Assembly (NCBI GenBank): GCA_030390025.1
Contig: CM059434.1
Span: forward strand, 131,564,001-131,628,000
Length of the DNA: 64,000 nucleotides
Reading direction: 5' to 3'
Source of the DNA: Squalus acanthias
Taxonomy: Eukaryota
The position numbers and the translations under genes were made by a program. Positions 36,066 to 50,100 of this stretch are shown one piece after another. The notes beneath the pieces are model-generated. The model did no database searches, was not told where the DNA came from, and saw nothing but the letters and a program-made list of their open reading frames with translations. How positions within the stretch are numbered: position 1 is the first letter of the stretch; each line of letters opens with the position of its first letter.

Positions 36066-37569
36066 CAGCAGTGTGGTTATGTTACTGGACTAGTAATCCA
36101 GAGGCCTGGATTAATGATCCGGAGACATGAGATCATGTCATGAATGTTCAATAAAAATTTTAATTCAGTTAATTAAATCAATCTGGAATAAAAAGCTAGT
36201 ATCAGTAATGGCGACCATAAACCTACCGGATTGTGGTAATAACCCATCTGGTTTACTAATGTCCTTTAGGGAAGGAAATCTGCCGTCCTTACCCGGTCTG
36301 GCCTATATGTGACTCCAGAACCACAGCAATGTGGTTCACTCTTAACTGCCCTCAGAAATGGCCTAGCAAGCCACTCAGTTGTACCAAACCGCTACAAAGA
36401 AGTATACTAAGAATAAAATTGGACGGACCACTCGGCATCGACCTAGGCACCAGATACGACAAAGGCACACCCAGCCCAGTCAACCCTGCAAAGTCCTCCT
36501 CACTAACATCTGGGGACATGTGCCAAAATTGGGAGAGCTGTCCCACAGACTAGTCAAGCAACATCCTGGCACAGTCATACTCACAGAATCGTACATTTCG
36601 GCCAAGATCACAGACTCCTCCATCACCATCCCTGGGTATGTCCAGACCCACCAGAGGTGGCGGCACAGTGGTATACATTCGGGAGGGGGTGGTCCTGGGA
36701 GTCCTCAACATTGACTCCGGACCCCATGAAATCTCATGGCATCAGGTCAAACATGGACAAGGAAACCTCCTGCTGATTACCACATACTGCCCTCCTTCAG
36801 CTGATGAATCAGTACTCCTCCATGTTGAACACCACTTGAAAGAAGCACTGAGAGTAGCAAGGGCACAGAACGTACTCTGGGTGGGGGACTTCAATATCCA
36901 TCACCAAGAGTGGCTCAGTACTACCACTACTGACCTAGCTGGCCGAGTCCTGAAGGACATAGCTGCGAGACTGAACCTCTGGCAGGTGGTGAGGAAACCA
37001 ACACCAGCGAAAAACCTCTGCGGCGAGTGTCTCACCTCCTGACTCCCCAAAGCCTTTCCACCTTCTACAAGGCACAAGTCAGGAGTGTGATGGAATACTC
37101 TCCACTTGCCTACATAAGTGTAGCTTCAACAACACTCAGGAAGCTATCAGGACAAAAAGCTCACTTGATTGGCACCCCATGCACCATTTTAAGCATCCAC
37201 TCCCTCCACCACCGGTGCACTGTGGCTGCAGTGTGTGCCATCTACACGATGCACTGCAGCAACTCACCGAGGCTTCTTCAACAACACCTCCCAAACCCGC
37301 AACCTCGACCACCTAGAAGAACAAGGGCAGCAGGCACATGGGTGCATCATCACCTCCAAGTTCCGCTCCAAGTCACACACCATCCTGACTTGGAAATATA
37401 TCGCCGTTCTTTCGTCGCTGGGTCATAATCCTAACAGTACCTTCACCACGTGGACTGCAGCGGTTCAAGGCGGCGGCTCACCAACACCTTCTCAAGGGCA
37501 ATTACAGATGGGCAATAAATGCGGGCCTTGCTAGCGTCGCCCACATTCCATGAATGAATTAAAAAAAAA
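36066..37569 (+). mobile_element. Internally deleted LINE with SINE-like (tRNA-derived) 5' end, endonuclease coding region and 3' tail
   Basis: 36066-36355 matches the SINE at 34545-34830. EN motifs follow (TNIWG, ILTESY, GGGTVVY, TYCPP, VGDFN), then a deletion near 37018 and the ORF C-terminus and tail. Confidence 0.85.
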
Positions 37570-37594
37570 TTCAGTTGATGCTCCACCAAGGATA

Positions 37595-38445
37595 TCATAG
37601 AATCATAGAAATTTATAGCCCATCGTGTCTGTGCTGGCCGAAAAAGAGCTATCCTGACATTCCCACTTTCCAGCTCTTGGTCCTTAGCGCTGTAGGTTAC
37701 GCCACTTCAACTGCATATCCAAGTACTTTTTAAATGCGTTGACAGTTTCTGCCTCTACCACCCTTTCAGGCAGTGTGTTCCAGACCCCCACCACCCTCTG
37801 GGTGGAAATAATTCTCTTCAACTTCCCTCTAATCCTTCTACCATTTACTTTAAATCTATGCCCCCTGGTTATTCACCTCTCTGCTAAGAGAAATAGGTCC
37901 TTCCTATTCACTCTATTTAGGCCACTCATAATTTTATACACCTCAATTAAATCTCCCCTCAGCCTCCTCTGCTCCAAAGAAAACAACCCCAGCCTATTCA
38001 ATCTTTCCTCATAGGTAAAATCCTCCAGTCCTGGCAACATCCTTGTAAATCTCCTCTGTACCCTCTTTAGTGCAAGCACATCTTTCCTGTAATGTGGTGA
38101 CCAGGACTGTATGCAGTACTCTAGCTGTGGCCTAACTAGTGTTTTATACGGTTCCAGCATAACCTCTCTGCTCTTATATTCTATAGCCTCGGCTAATAAA
38201 GGCAAGTATCCAGTATGCCATACCTACCTGTCCTGATGCATTCAGGGATCTGTGGACATGCAGTCCAAGGTCCCTCTACACTCCTCAGTACACTACCATT
38301 TATTGTGTATTCCCTTGCCTTGTTAGCCCTCCCCAAATGCATTACCTCACACTTCTCCAGCTTGAATTCCATTTGCCACTTTTCTGCCCACCTGACCAGT
38401 CCATTGATATCTTCCTGCAGTCTACAACTTTCTTCCTCATTAACC
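37595..38445 (-). mobile_element. CR1 3' fragment
   Basis: ORFs 37873-38205 and 38193-38471; atcatagaatcatagaa tail. Confidence 0.88.
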
Positions 38446-38899
38446 TGCAACAGCTGGTGATAGTGCCACATAGGTAAAGGCCGGTGATTGGGTTATCTGT
38501 TCCATGTTTAGTTAGGAAATGCTAGACAGTAAAGGGAGAAATGAAAGAATCAATAGTAGCCTTCAAAAGGGAATTGGATAAATACTTGAAGGAGAAAAAA
38601 TTGCAGGGAAATGGAGAAAGAGCGGGGGAGTGGCGCAGATTCGATGGGCCGAATAGCCTCCCTCTGTGCTGTATTATTCTATGATTCTAACTCAGTGCCT
38701 ACTTTAAAATAATAAAGTCAAACACCTTCGGCAGTTCCAGTGTTTTAAACAACTAGTGTCCTGATAAAGTGCTTTTACATGAGAAAGACAACTCTCAATA
38801 ACCGCTCCCTGTACAGTGGTAAAGCAAGAGAACTGGTGATCTAGTAAAGACATGAGATACTTTCACCCAATTTCAGGCAGCTCCTGGCTTTAAAATATT

Positions 38900-40090
38900 A
38901 AATAGCATTTACAGCACAGGAACAGGCCATTCAGCCCAAGTGGTTATTGCTCTACACAAGGCTCCTCCCACCCGACTTCATCTAACCCGATCAACATATC
39001 CTTCTATTCCTTTCTCCCTTATGTAATTATCTAGCCTATCCTTAAATGTATCCATGCTATTCGCCGCAACTACTCCATGTGGTAGCAAGTTTCACATTTA
39101 CAGGAAAAATGTGATTGCACTAGAGAGGGTACAGAAGAGATTTACAAGGATGTTGCCAGGACTGGAGAATTTTAGCAATGAGGAAAGATTGGATTGGCTG
39201 GGGTTGTTTTCTTTGGAACAGAGGAGGCTGAGGGGAGACTTAATTGAGGTGTATAAAATTATGAGGGGCCTAGATCGAGTGGATAGGAAGGAACTTTTTC
39301 CCTTAGGAGAGTGGTCAATAACCAGGGGGCATAGATTTAAAGTAATTGGTAGAAGGACTAGAGGGGATTTGAGGAGAACTTTATTCACCCAGAGGGTGGT
39401 GGGGGTCTGGAACTCACTGCCTGAAAGGGTGGTAGAGGCAGAAACCCTCATCACAGTTAAAAAGTACTTGGATGTGCACTTGAGGTGCCGTAAATTGCAG
39501 GTTACGGACCAAGAGCTGGAAAGTGGGATTAGGCTGGATAGCTTTTTTTTGGCTGGCACAGACACAATGGGCCGAATGGTCTCCTTCTGTGCCGTAAATT
39601 TCTATGCTTCTATGATTCTAACCACTCTCTGGGTAAAGAAGTTTCTCCTGAATTCCTTATTGGATTTATTAGTGACTATCTTATATTTATGACCCCTAGT
39701 TTTGAACTCCCCCACAAATGAAACCATTTGTTCTACGTTTACCCTATCAAACCCCTTCATAATTTTAAAGATCTCTATTTGGTGACCCCTCAGCCTTCTT
39801 TATTCTAGACAAAAGTGCCTCAGCTGGTTCAGTCTATCCTGATAGTTATAACCTCTCAGTTCTGGTATCATTCTTGTCAATTCTTTTTGCATCTTCTCCA
39901 ATGCCTCTATCTTTTTTGTAATATGGAGAGCAGAACTGTGCATAGTACTCCGAGTGTGGTCTAACCAAGGTTCTATACAAGTTTAACATAACCTCTCTGC
40001 TTTTCAATTCTATACCTCTAGAAATGAACCCCAGTGCTTTGTTTGCATTTTTATGGCCTTGTATCCTGCGTTGCTACTTTTAATGATTTG
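38900..40090 (-). mobile_element. Old CR1 3' fragment with a nested plus-strand CR1 (about 39098-39617)
   Basis: Minus-strand CR1 sequence flanks the plus-strand [25 protein letters not shown]. Confidence 0.8.
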
Positions 40091-40509
40091 TGATATTCTG
40101 TCTCGCTCTCCTTTCCTCCATCCTGATCCCCTTCCTCCTCCATTAAAGTTGCAAATTCCCTTTGGGAATCCCATACCTAGTACTCAAACTTCTCATTGTG
40201 GATGGGAGCAAAATGTACATGGGCAGCAACTCAATTCAGCAACCCCACCCACGCAGCTGTCTCCAGCCATCCATCCACTTGCAGGATGAAGTGGAGCAGT
40301 GAGACATGTTGTCATCGGCATCACTGCACCAAGTCTCTTCAAAAGCCTGGTACAATAGAAAATGCAAGACGACTATAAATATGGGAAGCTGATGTAGTGT
40401 ACCATCGAGACAGTCTACTCCTGGCCAGCAGTAACCAAATCTAAGTGGCCACAAAAAATTGGCATAGCGATAAATCCCCAACATAAAAAATAAATACAGA
40501 TTCTTACAT

Positions 40510-40786
40510 ATGAGGACACTGATTTACAGTAATTGGCAAAAGAACCAGAGACAACATGAGGAAAAAACTTTTTATGCAGCGAGTTATGATATGAATGCAC
40601 TGCCTGAAAGGGTGGTGGAAGCAGATTCAATAATAACTTTCAAAGGGGAATTGGATAAATACTTGAAAATGAAAAATTTGGGGAAAGAGCAGGGGAGTAG
40701 GACTAATTGGATAGATCTTGCAAAGAGCCAGCACAGGCACGATGGGCCGAATGGCCTCCTTCTGTGCTGCATCAGTCTATGATTCT
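40510..40786 (+). mobile_element. CR1 3' fragment
   Basis: [24 protein letters not shown] followed by a ctatgattct tail. Confidence 0.8.
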
Positions 40787-40988
40787 AACCTGAAGCATCA
40801 AGCACAGGTTCCAGCTTGTCAACCCTGGAAATACAGGTGCCAAAAAGGCAAAATGTAAATCAGAGGAAGGGCACACAACAGTCAGAAATTAACAGGATTG
40901 CTTCTTTTGATCCAGAAGAAGGCACGATTGGTAAATTATTTCAGTATTGATCCAAGCACAGAAAACCCCCCAGGATATTGCCCCTCTC

Positions 40989-41122
40989 TCACAGTTTGGA
41001 TTGGACAATAGCAGCTGGGTGTTGTAGCACAAGGTGCTTTTCTAGAAATGCTAGAATCTTTTTCCAGGAGTCCTCCTGAGCATCTGAATGAGGTTTGGCC
41101 TCTCCTCCCCACAACACATTCA
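40989..41122 (-). CDS. ACOT-family terminal coding exon with PTS1 (SKL)
   Basis: ttctttctgcag|TG; [44 protein letters not shown], with TGA at 40991-40989. Confidence 0.93.
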
Positions 41123-44100
41123 CTGCAGAAAGAAACAGTGTAAAATAAGGAAACATTAGTTAGTAAGCTTGAGGTTTTAGGAGGTTAGCATAATTGTTAG
41201 ATCTGTAATATTGCTGGGAGTCCAGTAACTGAATAAACTCTCACAAACACCACTTAATTTTCATCACTGGCATTTCTATCTGCAAAACACTAACCTTCAC
41301 TTGATAGAAAGCAAAGGTTTTGAGAGTTCTTGTACTGTCCTACAATCTAGTACCTCCTAATTCACTTCTGAAGCAAATGAGAGCAGCACATTTGGTTGTA
41401 AAAAGATATGGAAGTGTAGGGAAATGTATTTTCAGAGCAGCTAAACTCAGAGGTGCTTCTGAATTCAAGTTCCAAACACATTGTGGAGTCCTGAAGGAAT
41501 TCCTTAAAGTCCCATGGAAGGTTCCTCAATTGGGAGTGCACACAGAGATCCACTCCCAGTCCTATGTGAATAATGTTCCGTAAGCCTGCAGGTGAGCAAT
41601 CAGACACAGGCTAACTCAGCTCCTATCTTAACTTCCTCCCTTGTCTCCCCTCAGCACCTTCTCATGCAGGCTATACAGACATTGGGAACTTGACAAGTAG
41701 GAAATTGAAAGCATGAACATCTGTTAATGCTGATTGGGAAGAGGGTTGAGTGCAAAAGATAAAATTCAACAAACTTTCACTTAAAAAAACAATTTACTAC
41801 CAATACTTTTATAGGTCAGGTGTAATGGGAGCATGATGGTATAAGGCCTACCAACTTCTCAGGGTAACGAGGGATGGGCAATAAATGTGGCCTGGCCAGT
41901 GTCACCCACATCCCGAGAACCGAAAAAAAAGCAAATCTATGATTTCCCACATTACTGACTTCCCAATCCTAGGCACGAGCAGATAGCAGATATATGCACA
42001 AATTAGGGAGGGGCAAAATTGTAAGTATGTTACTTATACACTTCTGAACTACGGTTTTAAATGCAGAGGCCTGGGATCAGCTTCCCTGCCCTTTTCTGGT
42101 GATAATGGAGGGAAGTACAGTGTTACACCTCGGAGATTTGTGTTGGGTTTGCAGCTGGCGCTGTGCAATGCCCACATTGCTGAGGAGAGTGCAAGGACAA
42201 ATATCCAAATAGCATTGGAGTTTGAAACTAGCAGGGAGGTGGCACAAGGCCTCTCTGTTTCATTCTCCTCTACCATTCACCCCAAAATGGGGTTTGGTGG
42301 GGGGGGGGCTAAGCAGGATGAAAATCTAGGCTGAAATTTCTTGTTCAAGGAAACAAGGCATCAAGTCACTCACTTGATAAATCTAAGGACAGAATTTGTT
42401 GCTGTTATACATTGGGATCCTTACGGGGACAAGTGTTCAGGCCAGTTGTGATCTTGACAAGCACTGATGCAATGCATCTGGTGAATCTGGGCTGCAGGTC
42501 TAATTGGAGCATTCAGCATAACTAACAGCAGATGTTCTAAGTTAGAGAGGCACTGCTCCTCGAATATGGGAATTCCCAGGGAAAAATCCATTGTGGCAGC
42601 AGGAGTCAAGAAAAAAATTAATCTTTTGCAGTGAGCACAAGAAAATAAAATGGGAGCAAGCCCAAATCATAACAATTCTTTGAGCAGGTCTCAACCAGTG
42701 TCCACAATAACTCAGTGAGAGTTTCACATGATCAATTGCTCATTTAGATAAGCCCTCTATTAAAGAGAATCTAGGACACTGAAATTTGTGGTAGCACACC
42801 GTGTACATGCAAGTGACAATTAGGAAAACACACATTGTGCAAACATATGAATTTGAAGGCAAAAGCAAAAAATGATTATGTAACAAATCGGTCTCAGAAG
42901 GGAACAGAAAACCTACGAGGGAACTGGCTATTTAGATCTAGTACTGTGCAATGAGACAGGGTTAATTAATAACCTTGCAGTAAAAGAGCCTCTGGGGAGC
43001 AGTGATCATAATATGATAAAAATTTTATGTTGAGTTTGAGAGTGATTTAGATAAGTCCGAAACTAGGGTCCTAAACCTGAACAAAGCAAACAACGTAGGT
43101 ATGAGAGGCGAGTTGGCTAAGGTAGGTTGGGAAACTAGACCAAAAGATATGACAGTAGAAAAGCAGTGGCAAATATATAAAGAAATAATTCATAATTCGC
43201 AACGAATATACATTCCCCTAAGGAATAAAAACACCACGAGAAAAATGGTCCAACCGTGGCAAACAAGAGAAATTAAAGATAGTATTAGATTAAAGGAAGA
43301 GGCTTATAATCTTGCCAAAAAGAATAGTAAGCCTGAGGATTGGAAGGATTTTAGAATTCAGCAAAGGAGAACCAAGAAATTGATAAAGAAAGGGGAAATT
43401 GAATGAGAGTGAACTAGCGAGAGACATAAAAACAGATTGTAAAAGCTTCTAAAGGTATGTAAAAAGGAAAAGATTAGCAAAAATAAACATGAGTCACTTA
43501 CAGGCTGAGATAGGAGAAATTATAATGGGGAATAAGGAAATGGCAAAGAAATTAAACAAATACCTGGGCTGCGATTTCGCCGACCGAGGCGAATCCGGGG
43601 CGGTGTTGCGGTCCCAACCTGCTGCAGCCCGCAATCTCCAAGTTATTTTACGTTAATAGGGCTTGTTAAACCCGCCCTGCGAGGTTCCCGGCCAATTAAA
43701 AGGAAGCAGGTCTGATGATGTCATTTGATGACACGTCATCAGCTGGTTTCCTTAAAGGGGCCATGTCCAAACTGATCTTGACAGTTCTGCTGTCAATGTT
43801 CTACAGCATTGAGGTGCTGCAAACACTGACAAGCACTGCACAAAGGTGCACGGCTGCACCCAGGCTCTCCCATGACTTCCTCCATATGCTTATGTAGGGA
43901 GTCACAGCACGCAGGGAGGTTCTCTTCCCTTCCAATGGGCGGAAGAGACCTCCCCAGGAGATCAACGCAGCCTGGTTGTACATTGCAGAGAAGGGCACAA
44001 GCAGGGATGTCGTCATGAGGACCAGGCTGCAGTAGCGCAAGCCTTTCAATCATCTCAGTAGATCACGAAACGATACTGCCAAGCCACACTCAACCTCATC

Positions 44101-47100
44101 CTGCTGTGCCACTCATCACATCCACATCACTCTGCTTTCCTACCCTATTCCTACACATCTCTACTCACTCCAACTTACCTTGCACCTCCACCCATCCCTC
44201 TCTATCTACATTATCACTTCCCCATCTCACTAGCCACCCCTCACCTTCATCCTACTGCAAGCATACCAACTAACAGCATTCTAGCAAGGGTAGGTACTTG
44301 GGTGGTTTAGCCAATGTTCATGTGAAGTTTCTGGCAATGTGCTGTCGAACATTGAAACCTTTATTTTCAGCACTGTGTGTTCTTGGACAGATTTGTGTGC
44401 ACCTTTGGAAGTGGCTTGGTGAGTTGTAGTGAATGGTGAGACATAAGGGTACCCCCCGCAATGGTGATGAGTGTGAAAGGAATGGCTTAGGCATTGTAGG
44501 GGTGCTTTATGGTGTTGGTGTGGGGTGGTGTCAATCTGGCGCATCATGTGGCATCCAGAGTGTACAGCGTCAAGTGAAGTAAATCTGGCCATGGTGAGGC
44601 CATCCATGGCGTCCCGGGTAGCAATGTGGTCGGGTACTGATGCCCTGTGCAGCAACAGTTGATTGTGGAGAAGGCTAGTGTTGTTGTTGCTGCTGGTGTG
44701 CCCGGTGATGTTGGTGTTGGGGCTGATCTTGGTGGGATTCTGAGGACAAAGGTGAGATATTTTCAAGGTCATCGATGCTGATGGAATAGATGGCAGGTGA
44801 GGTTGAGATGACAGAAGCAATCTGTCAATGGTGAGAGAGGTTGTTCCAATGAGGTGACACTGGATAGAGAGTTGGCTCCAAACACTTGTAAGCTGCAGAA
44901 AACTCAATATGTATTCCAAATGCAGTAACCAACAATTTCTGAGCTTTGAAAGTGAACAGCTGGAACATGGGATTTTTAATACAACTTTGGCAGCTGTCAG
45001 GTTATGAGATAATTCAATGCTGAATCCACTCATGACATGCTGAGCTGATGTGTTCCCCGAGCAGCAAGTAACCCATGGGGGAGCATGTAAAATTGAAATG
45101 CAGGCTTAAAATAACAGTTAATTGGACGTTAACAACCCATTTGATGATGTGCATTGCCTCCCCCGCCGCTTGGTGTCAGGTCTGTTCAGCACCGACAGAC
45201 CCGACACCTGGGAGACTCGCGTGGAGGTGGGTTGACAGCGGGTTCCCTACCCACTGTCAATCTTTGCTATTTTGACAGCTGTCCCGCCTCCGAACGCCAG
45301 CAAAATTCAGCCCTTTGTGTCTGTCTTCACAGAAGAAGACGCAAAAAACCTCCCGGAAATAGTGGCGAACCAAGGGTATAGCGAGAATGAGGAACTGAAA
45401 GAAATTATTAGTAAAAAAAAGTACTGGAGAAATTAATGGGACTGAAAGCCGATAAATCCCCTCGACCTGAAGGCCTACATCCTAGGGTTTTAAAAGAGGT
45501 GGCTATAGAGATAGTGGATGCATTGGTTGTCATCTTCCAAAATTCCATAGATTCTAGAACGGTTCCCGCGGATTGGAAGGTAGCAAATGTAACCCCACTA
45601 TTTAAGAAAGGAGGGAGAGCGAAAACGGGGAACTATAGACCAGTTAGCGTGACATCAGTAGTAGCGAAAATGCTAGAATCTATTATTAAGGACGTGGTAA
45701 CAGGGCACTTAGAAAATAATAATAGGATTAGGCAGAGTCAACACTGATTTATGAAAGGGAAATGCTGTTTGACAAATCTGTTTTTGAGGTTGTAACTAGC
45801 AGAATAGATAAGGGGGAACCAGTGGATGTGGTGTATTTGGATTTTCAGAAGGCATTCGATAAAGTGCCACACAAGAGATTATTAAACAAAATTAGAGCTT
45901 ATGTGATTGGGGTAATATACTAGCATGGATTGAGGATTGGGTAGTGGACAGAAAACAGAGAGTAGGAATAAACTGGTCATTTTCGGGTTGGCAGGCTGTA
46001 ACTAGTGGGGTACCGCAAGGATCAGTCTTGGGCCTCAGCTATTCACAATCTATATCAATGATTTGGATGAGGGGACCAAATGTAATATATCGAAGTTTGC
46101 TGATGATACAAAGCTAGGTGGGAATGTAAGTTGTGAGGAGGATGCAAAGAGGCTTCAAGGGGATATAGAGAGGCTAAGTGAGTGGGCAAGAACATGGCAA
46201 ATGGAATATAATGTGGAGAAATGTGAAGTTATCCACTTTGTTAGGAAAATAGAAATGCAGAGTATTTTTTAAATGGTGAGAGACTGGGAAATGTTGGTGT
46301 TCAGAGGGACCTGGGTGTCCTTGTACACGAATCACTGAAAGTTAACATGCAGGTACAGGAAGCAATTAGGAAAGCAAATGGTATGTTGGCCTTTATTACA
46401 AGAGGATTGGAGTATAAGAGTAAAGACGTCTTACTGCCATTATATAGGGCCCTGGTGAGACCACACCTGGAGTATTGTGTACAGTTTTGGTCTCCTTACC
46501 TAAGGGAGGATATACTTGCCATAGAGGGAGTGCAACGAAAGTTCACCAGACTGGTTCCTGGGATGGAGGAATTGTCCTATGAGGAGACTAGGCCTATATT
46601 CTCTAGAGTTTAGAAGAATGAGAGGTGATCTCATTGAAACATACAAAATTCTTACAGGGCTTGACAGGGTAGATGCAGGGAGGATGTTTCCCTTGACTGG
46701 GGAGTCTAGAACCAGGGGTCACAGTCTCAGAATAAGGGGTTGGCCATTTAGGACGGAGATGAGGAGAAATTTCTTCACTCACAGAGGGTGGTGAATCTTT
46801 GGAATTCTCTACCCCAAAGGGCTGTGGAGGCTCAGTTGTTGAGTATATTCAAGACAGAGATCGAAACATTTTTGGATATTAAGGGAATCAAGGGATATGG
46901 GGATAGTGCAGGAAAGTGGAGATGTGGTAGAAGATCAGCCATGATCTTACTGAATGGTGGAGCAGGCTCGAGGGGCCGAATGGCCTACTCCTGCTCCTAT
47001 TTCTTAAAGCTCAAAGCCATTACAACTTTGTTTTGTAACACACCTAAGGACCGAATAACATCTTTGGGTCTAACTAGTGGGGACAAGACTACCTAAAAAT

Positions 47101-50100
47101 ATTTGAATTATGAATAGTAATATAAAAGTGCGCATGAGTACTTGGAGGGTTAATGCTATTTTTGGTACTAGCTCACCTGTTTTGTTTAAGGATTGTATCT
47201 TTAACTTGGTTTGTCTGAAGTGCGGGCTATATGGAGGCTCAATTAGATGTCCGGTTTGAGGGTATGAGATTGCTGTGAGCAAGTGATCACTTCCTGCAGC
47301 CTTCATCATCTTCTGGATCTGAAATGGAAAAGTAACCAAATTTACACCTTCAAGTATTTCTGGTCAATACCGCAAATCTCATTTACGAATTAATTGATTC
47401 GTGACAAAATGGAGCATAATATGCACTTACCGCAATGGCTGATTCAGGTGCAGGCCAGTTCTGATCATCCTCCCCAGAAATAAGCATCAAGGGGCATCTG
47501 ATTTTATCAACCTGCCAATCAAACATAAGAGTTTATGCAGTGGAGAGTTAACAACAGTTCATGAGTATGAAGTCCTGTCACTCAAATATCCGGCAGGCAT
47601 GAGAAAGTAGAAATATCCTTTGCACAAATGAGAAATATACAAATATCTCTTTGCCATTTGAGATCTTGGTAACTACCTCAGCTCAGAACTTTCTCTACAT
47701 TTGTCTCCCTATAAAGGCATCTTTTGAATTCAAACATTTGTTTTGCAGCAGGAGTTTATAACATGAGTTTGTGCAACAAACGCCATTAAAATTTAGAATT
47801 CCAATAGACAAAATTCACTTGCGAGTTGAGGAACAGGGAGAGAGTGCAGATAAACACGTGGCTGCAGGGATGGTGTAGGGGGGAGGGTTTCAGTTATGTG
47901 GATAATTGGAGCACATTCTGGGGAAGGTGGGACCTGTACAAACAGGACGGTTTGCACCTGAACCAGAGGGGCACCAATATCCTGGGAGGGAAATTTGCTA
48001 CGGCTCTTCGGGGGGGTTTAAACTAATTTGTCAGGGGGATGGGAAAAAGGGCTGTAGTCCACGAGCCAGTGGTGAGTGTAGGGAGGTACTGAGGAGGGTA
48101 TCAAGGTCGCAGGAATGTACCGGCAGACAGGAAGATGGCTTGAAGTGTGTCTACTTCAATGCAAGGAGCATCCGGAATAAGGTAGGAGAACTTGGAGCGT
48201 GGATTGGTACTTGGGACTACGATGTGGTGGCCATTACGGAGACATGGTTAGAACAGGGACAGGAATGGCTGTTGGAAGTTCCGGGGTATAGATGTTTCAG
48301 TAAGAGTAGGGAAGTTGGTAAGAAAGGTGGAGGAGTAGCATTGTTAATCAAGGATAGTTTAACAGCGGCAGAAAGGCAGTTCGAGGGGGATCTGCCGTCT
48401 GAGGTAATATGGGCTGAAGTTAGAAACAGGAAAGGAGCGGTCACGTTGTTAGGAGTTTTCTACAGGCCCCCAAATAGTAATAAAGATGTGGAGGAAGAAA
48501 TTGCAAAGCAGATTATGAATAGGTGTGGAGGTCACAGAGTAGTTGTCATGGGTGACTTCAACTTTCCAAATATTGATTGGAACCTTTATAGGTCAAACAG
48601 TTCGGATGGGATAGTTTTTGCACAGTGTGTGCAGGAGGGTTTCCTGACACAATATGTGGATAGGCCGACAAGAGGTGGGGCCACGTTGGATTTGGTACTG
48701 TGTAATGAACTGGGCCAAGTGTTTGATTTGTATGTGGGAGAGCACTTTGGAGATAGTGACCACAATTCGGTAACTTTCACTATTGCAATGGAGAGGGATA
48801 GGGCCATACGGCAGGGCAGGGTTTATAATTGGGGGAGGGGTAATTATGATGCGATTAGGCAAGAATTAGGGAGTATAAGATGGGAACAGAAACTATCAGG
48901 GAAAGGCACAAACGAAAAGTGGAGCTTTTTCATGGAGCAATTACTGCGTGTCCTTGATAGGTATGTCCCTGTCAGGCAGGGAGGAAATGGCCGAGTGAGA
49001 GAACCATGGTTCACAAAAGAGGTTGAATGTCTAGTCAAGAGGAAAAAGGAAGCGTATGTAAGGATGAGAAAACAAGGTTCAGTTGGGTCGATTGAGGGGT
49101 ACAAGGTAGCAAGGAATGAGCTAAAAAAAGAGCTTAGGAGAGCTAGGAGGGGGCATGAGAAGTCCTTGACGGGTCGGATCAAGAAAAACCCCAAGGCTTT
49201 TTACTCTTATGTGAGAAATAAAAGAATGACCAGGGTGAGGGTAGGGCCGGTCAAGGACAGTAGTGGGAACTTGTGCATGGAGTCAGAAGAGATAGGAGAG
49301 GTGATGAATGAATACTTTTCGTCAGTGTTCACCGAGGAGAGGGGCCATGTTCTTGAGGATGAGAGTGTGATAAAGGTGGATAGGCTGGAGGTGGTAGATG
49401 TTCTGAGGGAAGATGTTTTAGCAATTTTGAAGAACCTGAGGGTCGATAAGTCCCCTGGGCCAGATGGGATATATCCTAGGATTCTTTGGGAGGCAAGGGA
49501 GGAGATTGCAGAGCCTCTGGCTTTGATCTTTGGGTCCTCACTGTCCACGGGGATGGTGCCAGAGGACTGGAGAGTGGCGAATGTTGTTCCTCTCTTCAAG
49601 AAAGGAAATAGGAATGACCCTGGTAATTATAGGCCGGTTAGTCTTACTTCGGTGGTTGGTAAGATAATGGAAAAGGTCCTGAGGGATAGGATTTATGACC
49701 ATTTGGAAAGGGGCAACTTAATCAGGGATAGTCAACACGGATTCATGAAGGGTAAGTCTTGCCTAACAAATTTGATTGAATTCTTTGAGGAGGTAACTAA
49801 GTGTGTAGATGAAGGTAGAGCAGTTGATGTCGTATACATGGATTTTAGTAAGGCGTTTGATAAGGTTCCCCATGGTCGTCTCATGAAGAAAGTAAGGAGC
49901 TGTGGGATAGAGGGAAATTTGGCCGATTGGATAAGTAACTGGCTATCTCATAGAAGTCATGATGCGGAGATGCCGGTGTTGGACTGGGGTGGACAAAATT
50001 GAGAGGTCGCTGTATCTAATTTACTTCACCTGAGGAAGGAGCAAATCAATAGCTCCGAAAGCTTGTGATTTCAAATAAAACTGTTGGACTATAACCTGGT

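Noticed and set aside
44281-45033. 250-aa minus-strand ORF
   Set aside because: It lies inside a decayed Harbinger element, has biased composition and shows no recognisable domain.
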